A stretch of DNA of 64,000 nucleotides from contig DAIMET010000004.1 of the NCBI GenBank assembly GCA_036725105.1, forward strand, positions 7,719 to 71,718, given 5' to 3'. The stretch is from Calditrichota bacterium (GTDB lineage: Bacteria; Caldisericota; Caldisericia; UBA6126). Numbering within the stretch: position 1 is the stretch's first letter; every line of letters begins with the position of its first letter. Made by a program: the position numbers and the translations under genes. The notes under the pieces were generated by a model. It was given only the letters and a program-made list of their open reading frames with translations, did not search any database and had not been told where the DNA came from. Below are positions 22,998-33,378 of this stretch, in pieces.

Positions 22998-24107
22998 ATG
23001 ATAATACAATGTAAAAAGAATGACCTGAGTACTATTTTGCAGGAAATGATCACCGTGATTCCTTCTAGTTCTTTAGTTCCTATACTCAACTGTTTTCATT
23101 TTTCCGTGAAGAATCAGCAGATTACCATAACAGCCTCCGATTTAGAAATAGGTTTTACAAGTCATCTAGACTGTGAAGCTGATGGAGAAACAACGGTTGC
23201 GATTCCAGCCAAGCTTCTAACCGATATCGTAAAAAGTATGGACGAAGAGATTATTAAATTAGAATTTCAAGATTTGCATCTAACCATCTATGGGCAAACT
23301 AGCCATTTTTCGATTCATTGTATCAATCCAGATGAATTCCCATCATTACCCGAAGTAGTTGGTACTGCTTATGAAGTCCCGATTAGTAAGCTCATTTCGT
23401 TATATAACAAAGTTTCTCCAGCTGTCTCTCAGAAAATGGAAGGAAATCTGAATCTGCACTGTATTCCGTTACAATCAGACGGTCACGAACTACGTATGAT
23501 TGCCTCAGATGCACAACGACTTGTTGTGGCCAAAACCATTGAAGAGAAGGACTATGATACGATTCGCGTTCTTACTCTTCCCAAAGTGTTTAAAATTTTG
23601 TCCCGTATCGCATTAAAAGCCCATACAGATACTATGAAAATGGTTGTAGCAGAGCGTGAGATCATGTTTTCTTTTGACAAACAAATTCTTGTATCTCGTT
23701 TAGTGGACTCTAACTTTCCTGATTACAACAAGGTAATACCAAAAGAATCATCGTACCGATTTATTGTGAATCGAGAAAAACTTCTTCATGCTTTACAGCG
23801 ACTTTACCTCGTAGTTCGAAATAATACCAGTCGTATCAGTATGAAATTAAAGGAAAACTCTGTTATGTTGATTGCCAATGATCCTGAAATAGGTTCTGGT
23901 GAAGAAGAGATTCCAGTGGAATATCTGGATCGTAGCGGAGAAGCTTGTGAAGTCCTTTTTGATGCCAGGTACATGATTGAGGGCGTAGAAGGTGTCGAAA
24001 CCAGTCTTGTAGAATACAATCTTCAAGGTTCTATTCATCCACTGGTTGTTAAAGAGCCTGAATCGGATAATTATCTCTATGTTTTGGTGACTATCCGGAT
24101 GAAATAA
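22998..24107 (+). CDS. dnaN: DNA polymerase III beta sliding clamp
   Basis: 369 aa; ITASDLEIG, ASDAQRL, SRLVDSNFPDYNKVIP, FDARY. Confidence 0.96.
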   Translation: MIIQCKKNDLSTILQEMITVIPSSSLVPILNCFHFSVKNQQITITASDLEIGFTSHLDCEADGETTVAIPAKLLTDIVKSMDEEIIKLEFQDLHLTIYGQTSHFSIHCINPDEFPSLPEVVGTAYEVPISKLISLYNKVSPAVSQKMEGNLNLHCIPLQSDGHELRMIASDAQRLVVAKTIEEKDYDTIRVLTLPKVFKILSRIALKAHTDTMKMVVAEREIMFSFDKQILVSRLVDSNFPDYNKVIPKESSYRFIVNREKLLHALQRLYLVVRNNTSRISMKLKENSVMLIANDPEIGSGEEEIPVEYLDRSGEACEVLFDARYMIEGVEGVETSLVEYNLQGSIHPLVVKEPESDNYLYVLVTIRMK

Positions 24108-25174
24108 TGTATGTTGACCACCTGCAGGCAACAAGTTTTCGTTGTTTTGATCAAATCGATTGTATGTTTTCCAGAAACACCAATATTATCTTTGGGAAAA
24201 ATGGAGCTGGGAAAACTAATTTTTTAGAAGCAGTACATTTTGCTTTGCAGGGAAATGGTTTTCGCACACGTCAAGATTTCCATTTGCTCAAATACTCCAC
24301 CCCATTCCTCCGAACTGAAATAGAAGTATATACGCAAAGCATGAACAAAACCATTTCAGTGTCGTGGGAAAAAAACGGGAAAAAACGAATTGTCATCAAC
24401 GGCATGGACAATCAACGGATCGTCGACTTATTTGGCACTTGTTACGTTGTGTTAATGACCCCGAGTACGCCCGAACTTGTTAAGGGAGGACCAGAGTATA
24501 GGCGCAAATTTATTGATCGAATTCATGCCAAAGAAAATCCCCCCTATTTAGCTATATTAAATCGATATGCCATCACGTATAAATCCAGAAACATTTTGAT
24601 TAAAAAAGGTCTTCGAGAATCTCAGGATCGTAAGCTGTATGATATTCTCACTCACACTATTCTTGATCTTTCTACTGTGATCCAGAAAGAGCGGAGAAAT
24701 ACGATTGAAAAGATGCAAAAAGTTTTTACTACGGTTTGTGATCAATTGTGCTTCCCCGTTCTGAACGATATTCAACTTGTATATTCTCCTTCTTCACTGG
24801 ATGTTAATCTATATTCTCTTCGAGAGCAGGAAGTACTGCGAGGAAGCTCTCTTGTCGGTGCTCATTTGGACAGAATAAGTATAAAAAGAGATACAAAGTC
24901 TATCCGTATTTATGGCTCAGAGGGAGAACAGAAAATTATATCTTTTGTACTAAAATTGTGTGAGTTTCATTTCCTGGAACGTGAAACAAAAAGTGTACCT
25001 GTTGTTCTTTTGGATGATTTTCAATCAGAGCTAGACCAAGATAATTTCCAGATGTTGCTTGACTTCATTCAGCCCAAAGCACAGATTTTCATCACTTCTT
25101 TACATCCCTCACTAATCAACGATGCTGGAAGGCAGTTTGAAATCCGAGAAGGAAGAGTGTATGGAAAAGATTAA
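24107..25174 (+). CDS. recF: DNA replication/repair protein RecF
   Basis: GKNGAGKTNFLEA, GGPEYRRKFID, GAHLD, GSEGEQK, VVLLDDFQSELD. Confidence 0.95.
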   Translation: MYVDHLQATSFRCFDQIDCMFSRNTNIIFGKNGAGKTNFLEAVHFALQGNGFRTRQDFHLLKYSTPFLRTEIEVYTQSMNKTISVSWEKNGKKRIVINGMDNQRIVDLFGTCYVVLMTPSTPELVKGGPEYRRKFIDRIHAKENPPYLAILNRYAITYKSRNILIKKGLRESQDRKLYDILTHTILDLSTVIQKERRNTIEKMQKVFTTVCDQLCFPVLNDIQLVYSPSSLDVNLYSLREQEVLRGSSLVGAHLDRISIKRDTKSIRIYGSEGEQKIISFVLKLCEFHFLERETKSVPVVLLDDFQSELDQDNFQMLLDFIQPKAQIFITSLHPSLINDAGRQFEIREGRVYGKD

Positions 25175-25598
25175 TCAGTCTCTTACCTATTTTTTCTCAC
25201 GGAACAAATACCAACAGAAAAAAATTGTGGAAAGCTCTTTTGTATATGCAGCTTATCCTCATGCAGTGGGAGAAATGTTAGCTCGATCCACACGAATACT
25301 AGCTTTCAAAAGGGGATTATTGACAGTTGCTTGCAAAAATTCTATTTTTGTTACAGAGTTAAACCAGATGAAAGAACTAATGATCAATAAAATGAATGAA
25401 GTATTGCAGCAAGATATTATTCATGACATCCGTTTTGTTATTGGAAATGTGAAGCCCGTTACCGTTCGTAAAAAGAAAAAACCACTTCATAAGGAGCAAA
25501 AAGAATGGGTTGAACGAGTTGTCAAAGATGCACCAGAATGTTACAAAGATCAAGTAAGATCTATGTTGGTTGCATATAAGGAGAAAACAAATGGGTAA
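25161..25598 (+). CDS. dciA: DUF721/DciA family protein
   Basis: After recF; AVGEMLARSTRILAFKRGLLTVAC.NS..EL...K..I.DIRF pattern. Confidence 0.8.
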   Translation: MEKINQSLTYFFSRNKYQQKKIVESSFVYAAYPHAVGEMLARSTRILAFKRGLLTVACKNSIFVTELNQMKELMINKMNEVLQQDIIHDIRFVIGNVKPVTVRKKKKPLHKEQKEWVERVVKDAPECYKDQVRSMLVAYKEKTNG

Positions 25599-27327
25599 AC
25601 TGTGGATCCTTAAAATCATTATTTTCTGCTTGTTGTGCCTTGTGGTGGTTGGTTTCTTTTATCCCTATGCAAAACCTCTACCGAAAGGTATTTATGTAGA
25701 CGATAGCCAACAAAAGATTATGATTGATGTAAATTCTACACATTCCCCTTCTCTTTTTATCCAATTTCCAGAGGATTACATCTGTTCCAATGTATCCATA
25801 GTGAAGGATTCGATTTTGCCTAAAGGGGAAAAAGGAGTGGTGGAAGAAACCAGTGTACAAATGGAGCTTTGGTTGCCACAAATATCTTTACCGGTTAGTG
25901 CAAATACGATTATTCGAACATTTCGAAATGGAGATTTGTTTATATTACTGCGCTTCTTTAGTGCTCAAACAATTCCTCAGCCCATTCAGTTTACGTTTCA
26001 TTCTGCTGTAGCAAATTCGCAAGATGCCCAGACGTGGTATCTGCAATATACATCTGACAAACGACCTGAAGAGGCCACTGTTCCTGATTCTGAGTTTATT
26101 TCATACCCCCTTCACTACGGTATGAATATTTTGCCTCCCAGCTTGCATTATATGGAGTTTACAAAGGATCAACTCCCGCAGGGTAGTATTTTAGCGGGTG
26201 CTTCAAGTGTCTATCAAAAAGCACCTACAGAACACAGCGATATTTCCACTCTTGTGCGCATGAATTCCCAACCCGTCGTGCAGTGGGATCAAAAAACAGG
26301 GGTTTCGATTACATCGTCTATTTCTCTTGAATCCTATCAAACAGCAGAGAGTTGGTTTTTTGCCAGTAAAAGCTCTATGTTAGACTTCACCAACGAAGAA
26401 ACAGTAGAAAATATGCGTTCAGCAGATTTTACGCTCCGAAAAAAAATAACAAAGGACGGCATATTTCATATTGCAAATGAAAACCAATATGTTGGAGCAT
26501 CCAATGATCGATATGACTATTACTATACATATGCTGGCTGGGAGGGTAGAAGATTTATGAATCTTCACCAAAACTATCCCCAACAAAGCTTTTTCTATGA
26601 TATGTTTGCCAATACTGTCTATACTATAGCCAAAGCTGCTAGTAAATATGGCATTTGGCCATCGGGACATGCAAGTGTATATTTGTGGAATCTATACCAT
26701 TTTCCCAAGAATTATATTGATACTCGTTACTGCACCGATGCAGGCTTTTTTTTGTTGAAGGCACACAACGATTATCAAATACCCGAAGCATTGTACACGG
26801 GCAAGAAATTTGGTGATTATCTCGTAGAACTTTCTCAAAAGGACCAGAAGATACAGACTACAAACGGTTTTTTCTTTTATGACTATTACCACAACGATTT
26901 CCCGAATACAGTTACTCATGCTTCGCTTAATCATATTTTGTCAGAGATGAACTATCTACTAGAACTGTACCTAGCTACACATGATGAATCCTATTTAGCA
27001 ACAGCAGAAAAAATGTTAGCAGCGATTCAAGATACAGAGAAACGCTGGATCCGAAAGGATGCCACTGAAAATTACAAATGGTATCATGATCTTTGGTATT
27101 GCGTTGTACCTAAAAGCGATGGATCACTGGTTTTCGAAAATCATGATTATACAAAAGATTTGACATATAAAGATTTGCTAAAATCTCAGTATTTGATCGA
27201 AAAAATATACAATCGGAAAAATCCATCCATTGAGAATTTGATTCAACACAAACAGCAATTCCTTATAAAAGCAGGCTATGATGTTGACAAGATTTACTCG
27301 GATTTTTCTTTAGATCAATCCCGCTAG
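25591..27327 (+). CDS. Membrane-anchored/exported hypothetical protein with an aromatic-rich, probably (alpha/alpha)-barrel C-terminal domain
   Basis: AAGGAG RBS then ATG 25591; N-terminal hydrophobic helix; HASLNHILSEMNYLLELY resembles C5-epimerase/six-hairpin families (weak). Confidence 0.6.
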   Translation: MGKLWILKIIIFCLLCLVVVGFFYPYAKPLPKGIYVDDSQQKIMIDVNSTHSPSLFIQFPEDYICSNVSIVKDSILPKGEKGVVEETSVQMELWLPQISLPVSANTIIRTFRNGDLFILLRFFSAQTIPQPIQFTFHSAVANSQDAQTWYLQYTSDKRPEEATVPDSEFISYPLHYGMNILPPSLHYMEFTKDQLPQGSILAGASSVYQKAPTEHSDISTLVRMNSQPVVQWDQKTGVSITSSISLESYQTAESWFFASKSSMLDFTNEETVENMRSADFTLRKKITKDGIFHIANENQYVGASNDRYDYYYTYAGWEGRRFMNLHQNYPQQSFFYDMFANTVYTIAKAASKYGIWPSGHASVYLWNLYHFPKNYIDTRYCTDAGFFLLKAHNDYQIPEALYTGKKFGDYLVELSQKDQKIQTTNGFFFYDYYHNDFPNTVTHASLNHILSEMNYLLELYLATHDESYLATAEKMLAAIQDTEKRWIRKDATENYKWYHDLWYCVVPKSDGSLVFENHDYTKDLTYKDLLKSQYLIEKIYNRKNPSIENLIQHKQQFLIKAGYDVDKIYSDFSLDQSR

Positions 27328-27412
27328 TTGAAATATTGGATGTATTATTGGAAAAAACTGCTACACTACTACTATTAACCGTGTTTTCTATATAAATGTC
27401 AGGAGGAGTATA

Positions 27413-27679
27413 ATGGCCAATGTGAAGCTGATAATAGGAATCCTTCTTTCTGCGATTATTGTACTTTTTATTGTGCAGAACGTGACTGTTGTAGAAATCC
27501 ATTTTATAACCTGGACGTTTGAAATGTCACAAGTTTTGATGATGTTCATTCTTTTCATTACAGGAATCATTACGGGCTGGATCATGCATGAGTTCCATGT
27601 GTGCAAGCCCTACCAGAAAAAAGTCAAAATAAAAATGGAATCACAAAAAACCCAAGAAGAAAAGGAAGAAACAGATTGA
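27413..27679 (+). CDS. LapA-domain (DUF1049) small membrane protein
   Basis: AGGAGG RBS; FIVQNVTVVEIHFITW followed by a TM helix. Confidence 0.8.
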   Translation: MANVKLIIGILLSAIIVLFIVQNVTVVEIHFITWTFEMSQVLMMFILFITGIITGWIMHEFHVCKPYQKKVKIKMESQKTQEEKEETD

Positions 27680-27714
27680 AACAAGACTGGTTTTTTCTTT
27701 CTAAGTAGCAATCC

Positions 27715-28896
27715 ATGAATGAGGGAAAAATTCGTTTTAAAGAGAATGTTAAGCAGAGATTAGAGCTGTATTTTGTCTTGTATTCGATTGTTCTTGGGGG
27801 GATTCTGGCAATTCTCCACCTTCTGATTGCTCCTTTTTTTGTGTTTCAAGGCTGGCTTGCTGTCGGAATTAAAATTATAGGTGCGCTTTTTTGTACATAT
27901 GGCTTTGTACACTGGCTACATGGTATAAGTTCTAAACGAGATTTGATGCAAAAAGAATTTATTCTGACCAAAAGGTGTTACAGAATCACCAGACACCCAA
28001 TCTTGTCGGGAGCTTTATTTGCATTGAGTGGCACTTTTGCGGTGCTAACACATTCTTTTCTAAGTGTGATCTACTTTTTTCTATTGTATACAGTTGTATT
28101 GATTATTCTTCCTACTCAAGAAAAAAAACTGATTGAGCTTCATCAATTACGATACATATATTACAAAAACTGTGTCCCTGCCATAATTCCAAAACCAATA
28201 GCATTATTCACCTCTCACAAATCTTTGATTCCTTCCCGCTGGATTACAAAACAGTGTTTTGCAGTAAAAGACGTAGATGTGAATATTTATCTTTTTTCTG
28301 CTGGTGAAAACTTTTTAGCTATTAACACAGGTTATCGTGCCCCTATTGTCCAAGAAGAGTGTAGTCGGTTCAATTTCTGTTTACAAAAGGTATCGTGCGC
28401 TATTTATACCCAATTGGATCGCCACCATAAGCTGGGAATTGCTGCTGTTCAGCAAATTGAGGCTTATATCTTACCTGCACAATCTGCAGCACTGAAACAA
28501 GGAAAGCCTTTCAAGAAAATCAATACAATATCACTAGATTCTTTTTCTCAAGAATCTTACCAGCCATCGTTTCATATAGGGGAGATACAAATACTTCCTC
28601 TTCCTGTACCAGGTGTTTCAAAAGTAGTAAATTTTGTTCTACAAGAGCAGTATTTATTCACAGGTAGCGTGTTGAATTTTCAAAATGGAAGAATTTGGGT
28701 GAATCGTTCTATGTTTCGGTGGAATCGATCTCATATAAATGCCTATCTAGATCAGATTTCGTCTATTCTCCAGAAAACTCCCACTATTCGATATATTCTT
28801 TCTTCTACCAGTGGATATCTTCAAAGGTATTCTGAGAATAGGTTTTTTCAAATAGAATCTCATTATCCCTACATACAACAGTTCTATTCCTTTTAA
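27715..28896 (+). CDS. ICMT/PEMT-like membrane methyltransferase domain fused to a degenerate metallo-beta-lactamase-fold domain
   Basis: RCYRITRHP..EKKL..Y...VPAIIP; then VNIYL..AINTG and TQLDRHH. Confidence 0.6.
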   Translation: MNEGKIRFKENVKQRLELYFVLYSIVLGGILAILHLLIAPFFVFQGWLAVGIKIIGALFCTYGFVHWLHGISSKRDLMQKEFILTKRCYRITRHPILSGALFALSGTFAVLTHSFLSVIYFFLLYTVVLIILPTQEKKLIELHQLRYIYYKNCVPAIIPKPIALFTSHKSLIPSRWITKQCFAVKDVDVNIYLFSAGENFLAINTGYRAPIVQEECSRFNFCLQKVSCAIYTQLDRHHKLGIAAVQQIEAYILPAQSAALKQGKPFKKINTISLDSFSQESYQPSFHIGEIQILPLPVPGVSKVVNFVLQEQYLFTGSVLNFQNGRIWVNRSMFRWNRSHINAYLDQISSILQKTPTIRYILSSTSGYLQRYSENRFFQIESHYPYIQQFYSF

Positions 28897-28917
28897 CTAG
28901 CAATGGTCCATCGTAGC

Positions 28918-29730
28918 TTAAGGGATGGTATGGTTTAGAATCCAAGCAACTCCATTATCTATGTTTGCAGGTCCCTTGAATTGAGCAATGTCAAGTACCT
29001 GAGGGATTGCATTTCCAACAGCTGCAGGATACCCCACCAATTTTAGAAGGTCTATATCGTTAAAGGAATCACCGATATAGAGAACATTCTGCAGGGGTAC
29101 ATGGAAATGATTTGCCAGAAACTTTCCTGCTTCCACTTTTGATATGGGTTGAGAAAACAATTCAATAAAACTAGTTTTCTGTTTTTCCATGCTTTTGACT
29201 GGGTAAAGTTTGGTATATTCTTGATGAAAAAAATCTAAAAAAGCTGTTATATTTTGTTCTGCTCCTATCAAAGCAATTTGTGAAAGATACGGTTCTTTTT
29301 CCCACATTGCAAAAGAAGAAGCTGTTCTCCATTGATTGATAGAAAAATAATATTCAAAAGGACCTAAATATGGATAAGGAATATAAATCTTTTCAGAATG
29401 AATAAACTCACCAAAAATGGTTGGAAAAACTGAGAAAGATTGACTGTGTGATAAAACCTTCTGGCACCACTCTTTTGGGAAATCGATTCTTTGCAAGATT
29501 TTGTGGGTTGAAGGAGTACAAATTAATGCACCATTTTGAAATGCACAAGGAGTGTCTTTGGGAAGCAATGACAGTAGCTCCTTCGCTGTTACATAGCTAC
29601 GTCCCGTTATAAAGGTAAGGGGAATGCTTTTCTTTAGTATTCTTTGCAAGGATTTTTGGGTTTCGTTTGAGATGGTCCGATTACGATCTAATAAAGTTCC
29701 GTCTATGTCAATGAAAACTGCTTGGATCAT
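28918..29730 (-). CDS. Cof-type HAD-IIB hydrolase
   Basis: DIDGTLL, TGR, YIGDSFNDIDLL..VGNA. Confidence 0.93.
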   Translation of the reverse strand: MIQAVFIDIDGTLLDRNRTISNETQKSLQRILKKSIPLTFITGRSYVTAKELLSLLPKDTPCAFQNGALICTPSTHKILQRIDFPKEWCQKVLSHSQSFSVFPTIFGEFIHSEKIYIPYPYLGPFEYYFSINQWRTASSFAMWEKEPYLSQIALIGAEQNITAFLDFFHQEYTKLYPVKSMEKQKTSFIELFSQPISKVEAGKFLANHFHVPLQNVLYIGDSFNDIDLLKLVGYPAAVGNAIPQVLDIAQFKGPANIDNGVAWILNHTIP

Positions 29731-29733
29731 GTC

Positions 29734-30420
29734 TTATCCTTCCGGATGAGCAAACACAATGCTGGTTACTTCACATGTTGGATTTTTCTCTTGAATTGCT
29801 TTTCTGCATTCAAAGAGAGTTTTGCCTGTTGTACAGATGTCATCTACCAAGATAACCGAGGGGTAGATTTTCTTACCTGACCATATAAACTGGCATGTTG
29901 GATTAGATTCACGATGTTTCCTGGAAAGACCTATTTGGTCTTTATCGAAAATATAAGGTTTCCGTAGTAGACTATTTGAATCATAAGGAATTCCTGTTAT
30001 TGAAGATAAAGACTGAGCAATCATCTCGCATTGATTGTAGCCTCGAGAAAGTTTTTTGTGCATACTAATGGGAACAGGCACAATGGTTGTATCTTGGAGA
30101 TGTGAAAAGGGAATGACTGATTCTAAGAGTGGAAGAAGAAAAGCGGCAATCCATTTGGCTGCAGGGTAATTTTTTTGATATTTTAGAGATGTGATGAGAT
30201 GAGAAGCTTGCTTCGAATATCGCGATGCACAATAAATGCGATCTCCGAAACGACTTATGAATTGTTGATGAGGATATTGCGATTCTTGTAGCTTTTGATA
30301 GCAGTCATGGCAAAGAAAATTCGTAGATGGCTGGTTGCATATACTACAGGATGGTGGGAAGAGAATATGGAGAAACTCTGTTTTGATCGTTGTGAGAATT
30401 TTCTGAGGAGTCGTTCTCAT
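29734..30420 (-). CDS. comF: ComF family protein (double zinc ribbon + PRTase)
   Basis: FPPSCSIC..LCHDC; RGYNQ; ILVDDICTTGKTL. Confidence 0.92.
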   Translation of the reverse strand: MRTTPQKILTTIKTEFLHILFPPSCSICNQPSTNFLCHDCYQKLQESQYPHQQFISRFGDRIYCASRYSKQASHLITSLKYQKNYPAAKWIAAFLLPLLESVIPFSHLQDTTIVPVPISMHKKLSRGYNQCEMIAQSLSSITGIPYDSNSLLRKPYIFDKDQIGLSRKHRESNPTCQFIWSGKKIYPSVILVDDICTTGKTLFECRKAIQEKNPTCEVTSIVFAHPEG

Positions 30421-33365
30421 ATTTTTTGTATGAATTTTTCCAGTTCATCAAAGTTGGCTTTGTTCATTTGTTGAAGAACGACAACCTCATCTTTATATGG
30501 CAATGGTAAGTGTGCAGGATCGTAAAATGAGCGAAAAGCTCGCATCATAGAAGCAGTATCATCATTTTTAGTGAGAACTGGTTGCAAGTGTAAAATCTGC
30601 GCAAATGTTTCTACCTTAGGATCGTAAATGAAAGGAAGAATGGGTTTTCGAAGAAGGGACAAAAGGATCATGAAATGAAGGCGCATCCCAATTCCAAATG
30701 TACACCGTCTTAACAGGGACAACATATCCTCGGGAGTATTGAAAGTGTCAATCAAGTAAGAGGGAGTTGACATTTTCTGCTGCAGCTTTATAGAAAAACG
30801 TTTGTCATAGTCAGGATAGAAGGGAGTAAACACTAGAGGAAGTTTCGTTATGTTCCCAATTTCGTCTAAAAAGGCTGCCAACTGATCAATTTTAGCATTG
30901 GTTTGTTGATTGGGACCAAAGCAAATGGCAATAAAGTTATCATAGTGGGGGTATGAGTCAATATTATATGCATGTTCTGGATGAAGGGAGAAGATTGGAT
31001 CAATGGTAACAATAGAGTGGTGAACTCCAATGGTTTGAAGTAATCTTTGAGAAGCTTCGTCTCGAAGAGTAATGGCATTGCACTGGTTGAGTACAATTTT
31101 GCATAAAAAGCGATTTATACGATGATGTAAAGGTCCGATACCATTGGCATAAATTAAAACAGGTTTTCGGAACAAACGAGCAATCTGAATGATTCCCAAG
31201 TAGTACAATGGACTTTTAAAACTCGTGATGTCTTGGATCAACCCGCCTCCTCCACTGATAAGTGCATTGCATCGGAACACTTCGTTTACTACAGCAAAAA
31301 AAGAAAAGCGTTCTATGGCAAAAGCATCTGTTAGGGTGGAAGTAGAATATGGATTTGCTGAAAGCACAGATATATCCAAGGAATACCCTTTTTCTTTTAA
31401 CTGGGTTAAATCGCGCATTAACGTACGAAGTATAGCTTCGTCCCCAATATTTCCAAAACCGTAGTATCCCGAGAGTACTATTTTTTTACTCCGTTGAATT
31501 TTATGATTTTGTTGCAGATAGAAAGGGAGGGTTTTCAAAATCCTAGAAAAGCGAACTTTGGGTTCTTTTATTGCGCGGTAAAGCCATTCAAGCTTGTGGT
31601 TAATCCACCACTTGGGCGCACGTTTTAAGTGGCCAGACCATACATCAAATGAACCCCCTACGCCAATTGCTATTGAACATGGCAAAGCAGATTTCCATGT
31701 GGATATAAAGAGTTCTTGCTTTCCCATACCAAGGGCAACGAAGAGAATGTCTGGCTTTGTACTTTGGATTTCTTCTACAATACTTTTTTCTTCATGAGAA
31801 GAAAAATAGCCATTGTGTAAACCCGCTATGACAAGGTCTGGATATTCCTTTTGAATATGCTTTTGAAGATCTGAAAGAATCTCTTTTTTTCCCCCCAGAA
31901 AGAACACCCTTTTGTGCTGAAGATGAGCCATTTTAAGAAGATCGGTAGAAAATTCAATTCCTGGAATTCTTTGAAGAGAACAAGAAGATTGTTTTTTTGC
32001 TAAAGATACGATGCTCATTCCATCTGGTAGAACTACATCGGCGTGTTGGATTGCATGGAATAGTTTTTTATCTTGGCATGCTTTTGCTAGCATCTCAATA
32101 TTAAGAGTCACCAATTGCTTGCATCCCGAGGTGGCATGCACATTTGTGGTTAGGTCATCTAGTGTTTGTTCCTTTGATTTACCTGTAATGGGGATGGAAC
32201 ATATAGAAACTGAATCTTGCAAAACTGAACGATATATATCTTCCGTTTTTCTGATCATAGTGTCGTTGGAGAAGTATTGATGAATCATTTTGCGACCATT
32301 TTTCACAAATGCATTCTGTTTTTCTTCTGATTCCAACACATCAAGTACGGCTTTTTGCAAACCAGCAGGAGATTGACAGATAGATCCATTGTATTCGTGA
32401 ATGATCAATTCCCTGATTCCACCCACTTTTTTTGCAACAACTGGTACTCCTGCATTCATACTTTCTAAGATGGCGATACCAAGTGCTTCTGAACGAGGAG
32501 TAAACAGCATAACGTCGGATGCAACAATATACGGAGTTGGTTTATGTTGAAAACCTACAAAGAGAACATTTTCTTCAATATGTAGCTGTTTAGTTAGCAG
32601 TTTGAGCTGAAGTTCTTGCTCTCCACCACCAATTAATAATAGATAAATGGGTGTAGTATGCGTTTTTTCATACTCTTTTTTAAGGGAGGCAAAGATACGA
32701 ATTGTTTCCATATATCCTTTAACAGGAACCAGTCTACCAAGGCTTCCAATTACCTTTGCTCCGCTGGGAATATGGAGTTGCTCTCGAATATGTTGTTTTG
32801 TTTGCTCGTCATCCGTTGAGACCTTTTGAATGGGGACACCATTTTTTATGATATGGATTCTGTTTCTTGAAACACCCCGGCGAATCAATTGTAATGCCAC
32901 TTCATAGGAAACAGCAATATAGGTGGACGTAATATGGAGAGATAATTGGTCAATATAGCTAAACAGAACTCCTAGAATTCTTGAGGAGTAATCAAATAAT
33001 GGATTGCTATGGTATGTGGTCACGATTGGAATCAAGGTTTTTCGTAAAGCCAACCTACCATACATGTTCGCCTTTAGGCCATGAGTATGTAAAAGGTCAA
33101 TTCTCTGAGATACCGCCCAATCACGAATGATGGAAGGTAGAGTAGGGTCCATTTTGGAACGAAGGGGATGGGATGTAGTATCGATGTTTTCTAAAGAATC
33201 CACAGAATGGGATAGGGCACCTTCTCCTAGAGAAAAAAACGATACAGAGACATTCTCCGAAGGTAATCTTTCACATAAAGTTAATATATGTCTTCTTCCG
33301 CCTCCAGCATCACCGCCATCAGCAAGAATACCAATCCGAATTTTACGCATATGCATAGTATACAA
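30417..33365 (-). CDS. Triple fusion: GT4 glycosyltransferase + WecB/TagA/CpsF (GT26) + CsaB polysaccharide pyruvyltransferase
   Basis: EALGIAILESM (GT4); PDG..RIPG..GVGGSFD..LEWLYR (TagA); GYYGFGNIGDEAIL..GGGGLIQD..MRLH (CsaB). Confidence 0.9.
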   Translation of the reverse strand: MYTMHMRKIRIGILADGGDAGGGRRHILTLCERLPSENVSVSFFSLGEGALSHSVDSLENIDTTSHPLRSKMDPTLPSIIRDWAVSQRIDLLHTHGLKANMYGRLALRKTLIPIVTTYHSNPLFDYSSRILGVLFSYIDQLSLHITSTYIAVSYEVALQLIRRGVSRNRIHIIKNGVPIQKVSTDDEQTKQHIREQLHIPSGAKVIGSLGRLVPVKGYMETIRIFASLKKEYEKTHTTPIYLLLIGGGEQELQLKLLTKQLHIEENVLFVGFQHKPTPYIVASDVMLFTPRSEALGIAILESMNAGVPVVAKKVGGIRELIIHEYNGSICQSPAGLQKAVLDVLESEEKQNAFVKNGRKMIHQYFSNDTMIRKTEDIYRSVLQDSVSICSIPITGKSKEQTLDDLTTNVHATSGCKQLVTLNIEMLAKACQDKKLFHAIQHADVVLPDGMSIVSLAKKQSSCSLQRIPGIEFSTDLLKMAHLQHKRVFFLGGKKEILSDLQKHIQKEYPDLVIAGLHNGYFSSHEEKSIVEEIQSTKPDILFVALGMGKQELFISTWKSALPCSIAIGVGGSFDVWSGHLKRAPKWWINHKLEWLYRAIKEPKVRFSRILKTLPFYLQQNHKIQRSKKIVLSGYYGFGNIGDEAILRTLMRDLTQLKEKGYSLDISVLSANPYSTSTLTDAFAIERFSFFAVVNEVFRCNALISGGGGLIQDITSFKSPLYYLGIIQIARLFRKPVLIYANGIGPLHHRINRFLCKIVLNQCNAITLRDEASQRLLQTIGVHHSIVTIDPIFSLHPEHAYNIDSYPHYDNFIAICFGPNQQTNAKIDQLAAFLDEIGNITKLPLVFTPFYPDYDKRFSIKLQQKMSTPSYLIDTFNTPEDMLSLLRRCTFGIGMRLHFMILLSLLRKPILPFIYDPKVETFAQILHLQPVLTKNDDTASMMRAFRSFYDPAHLPLPYKDEVVVLQQMNKANFDELEKFIQKI

Positions 33366-33378
33366 AAAAACCTTTCAT

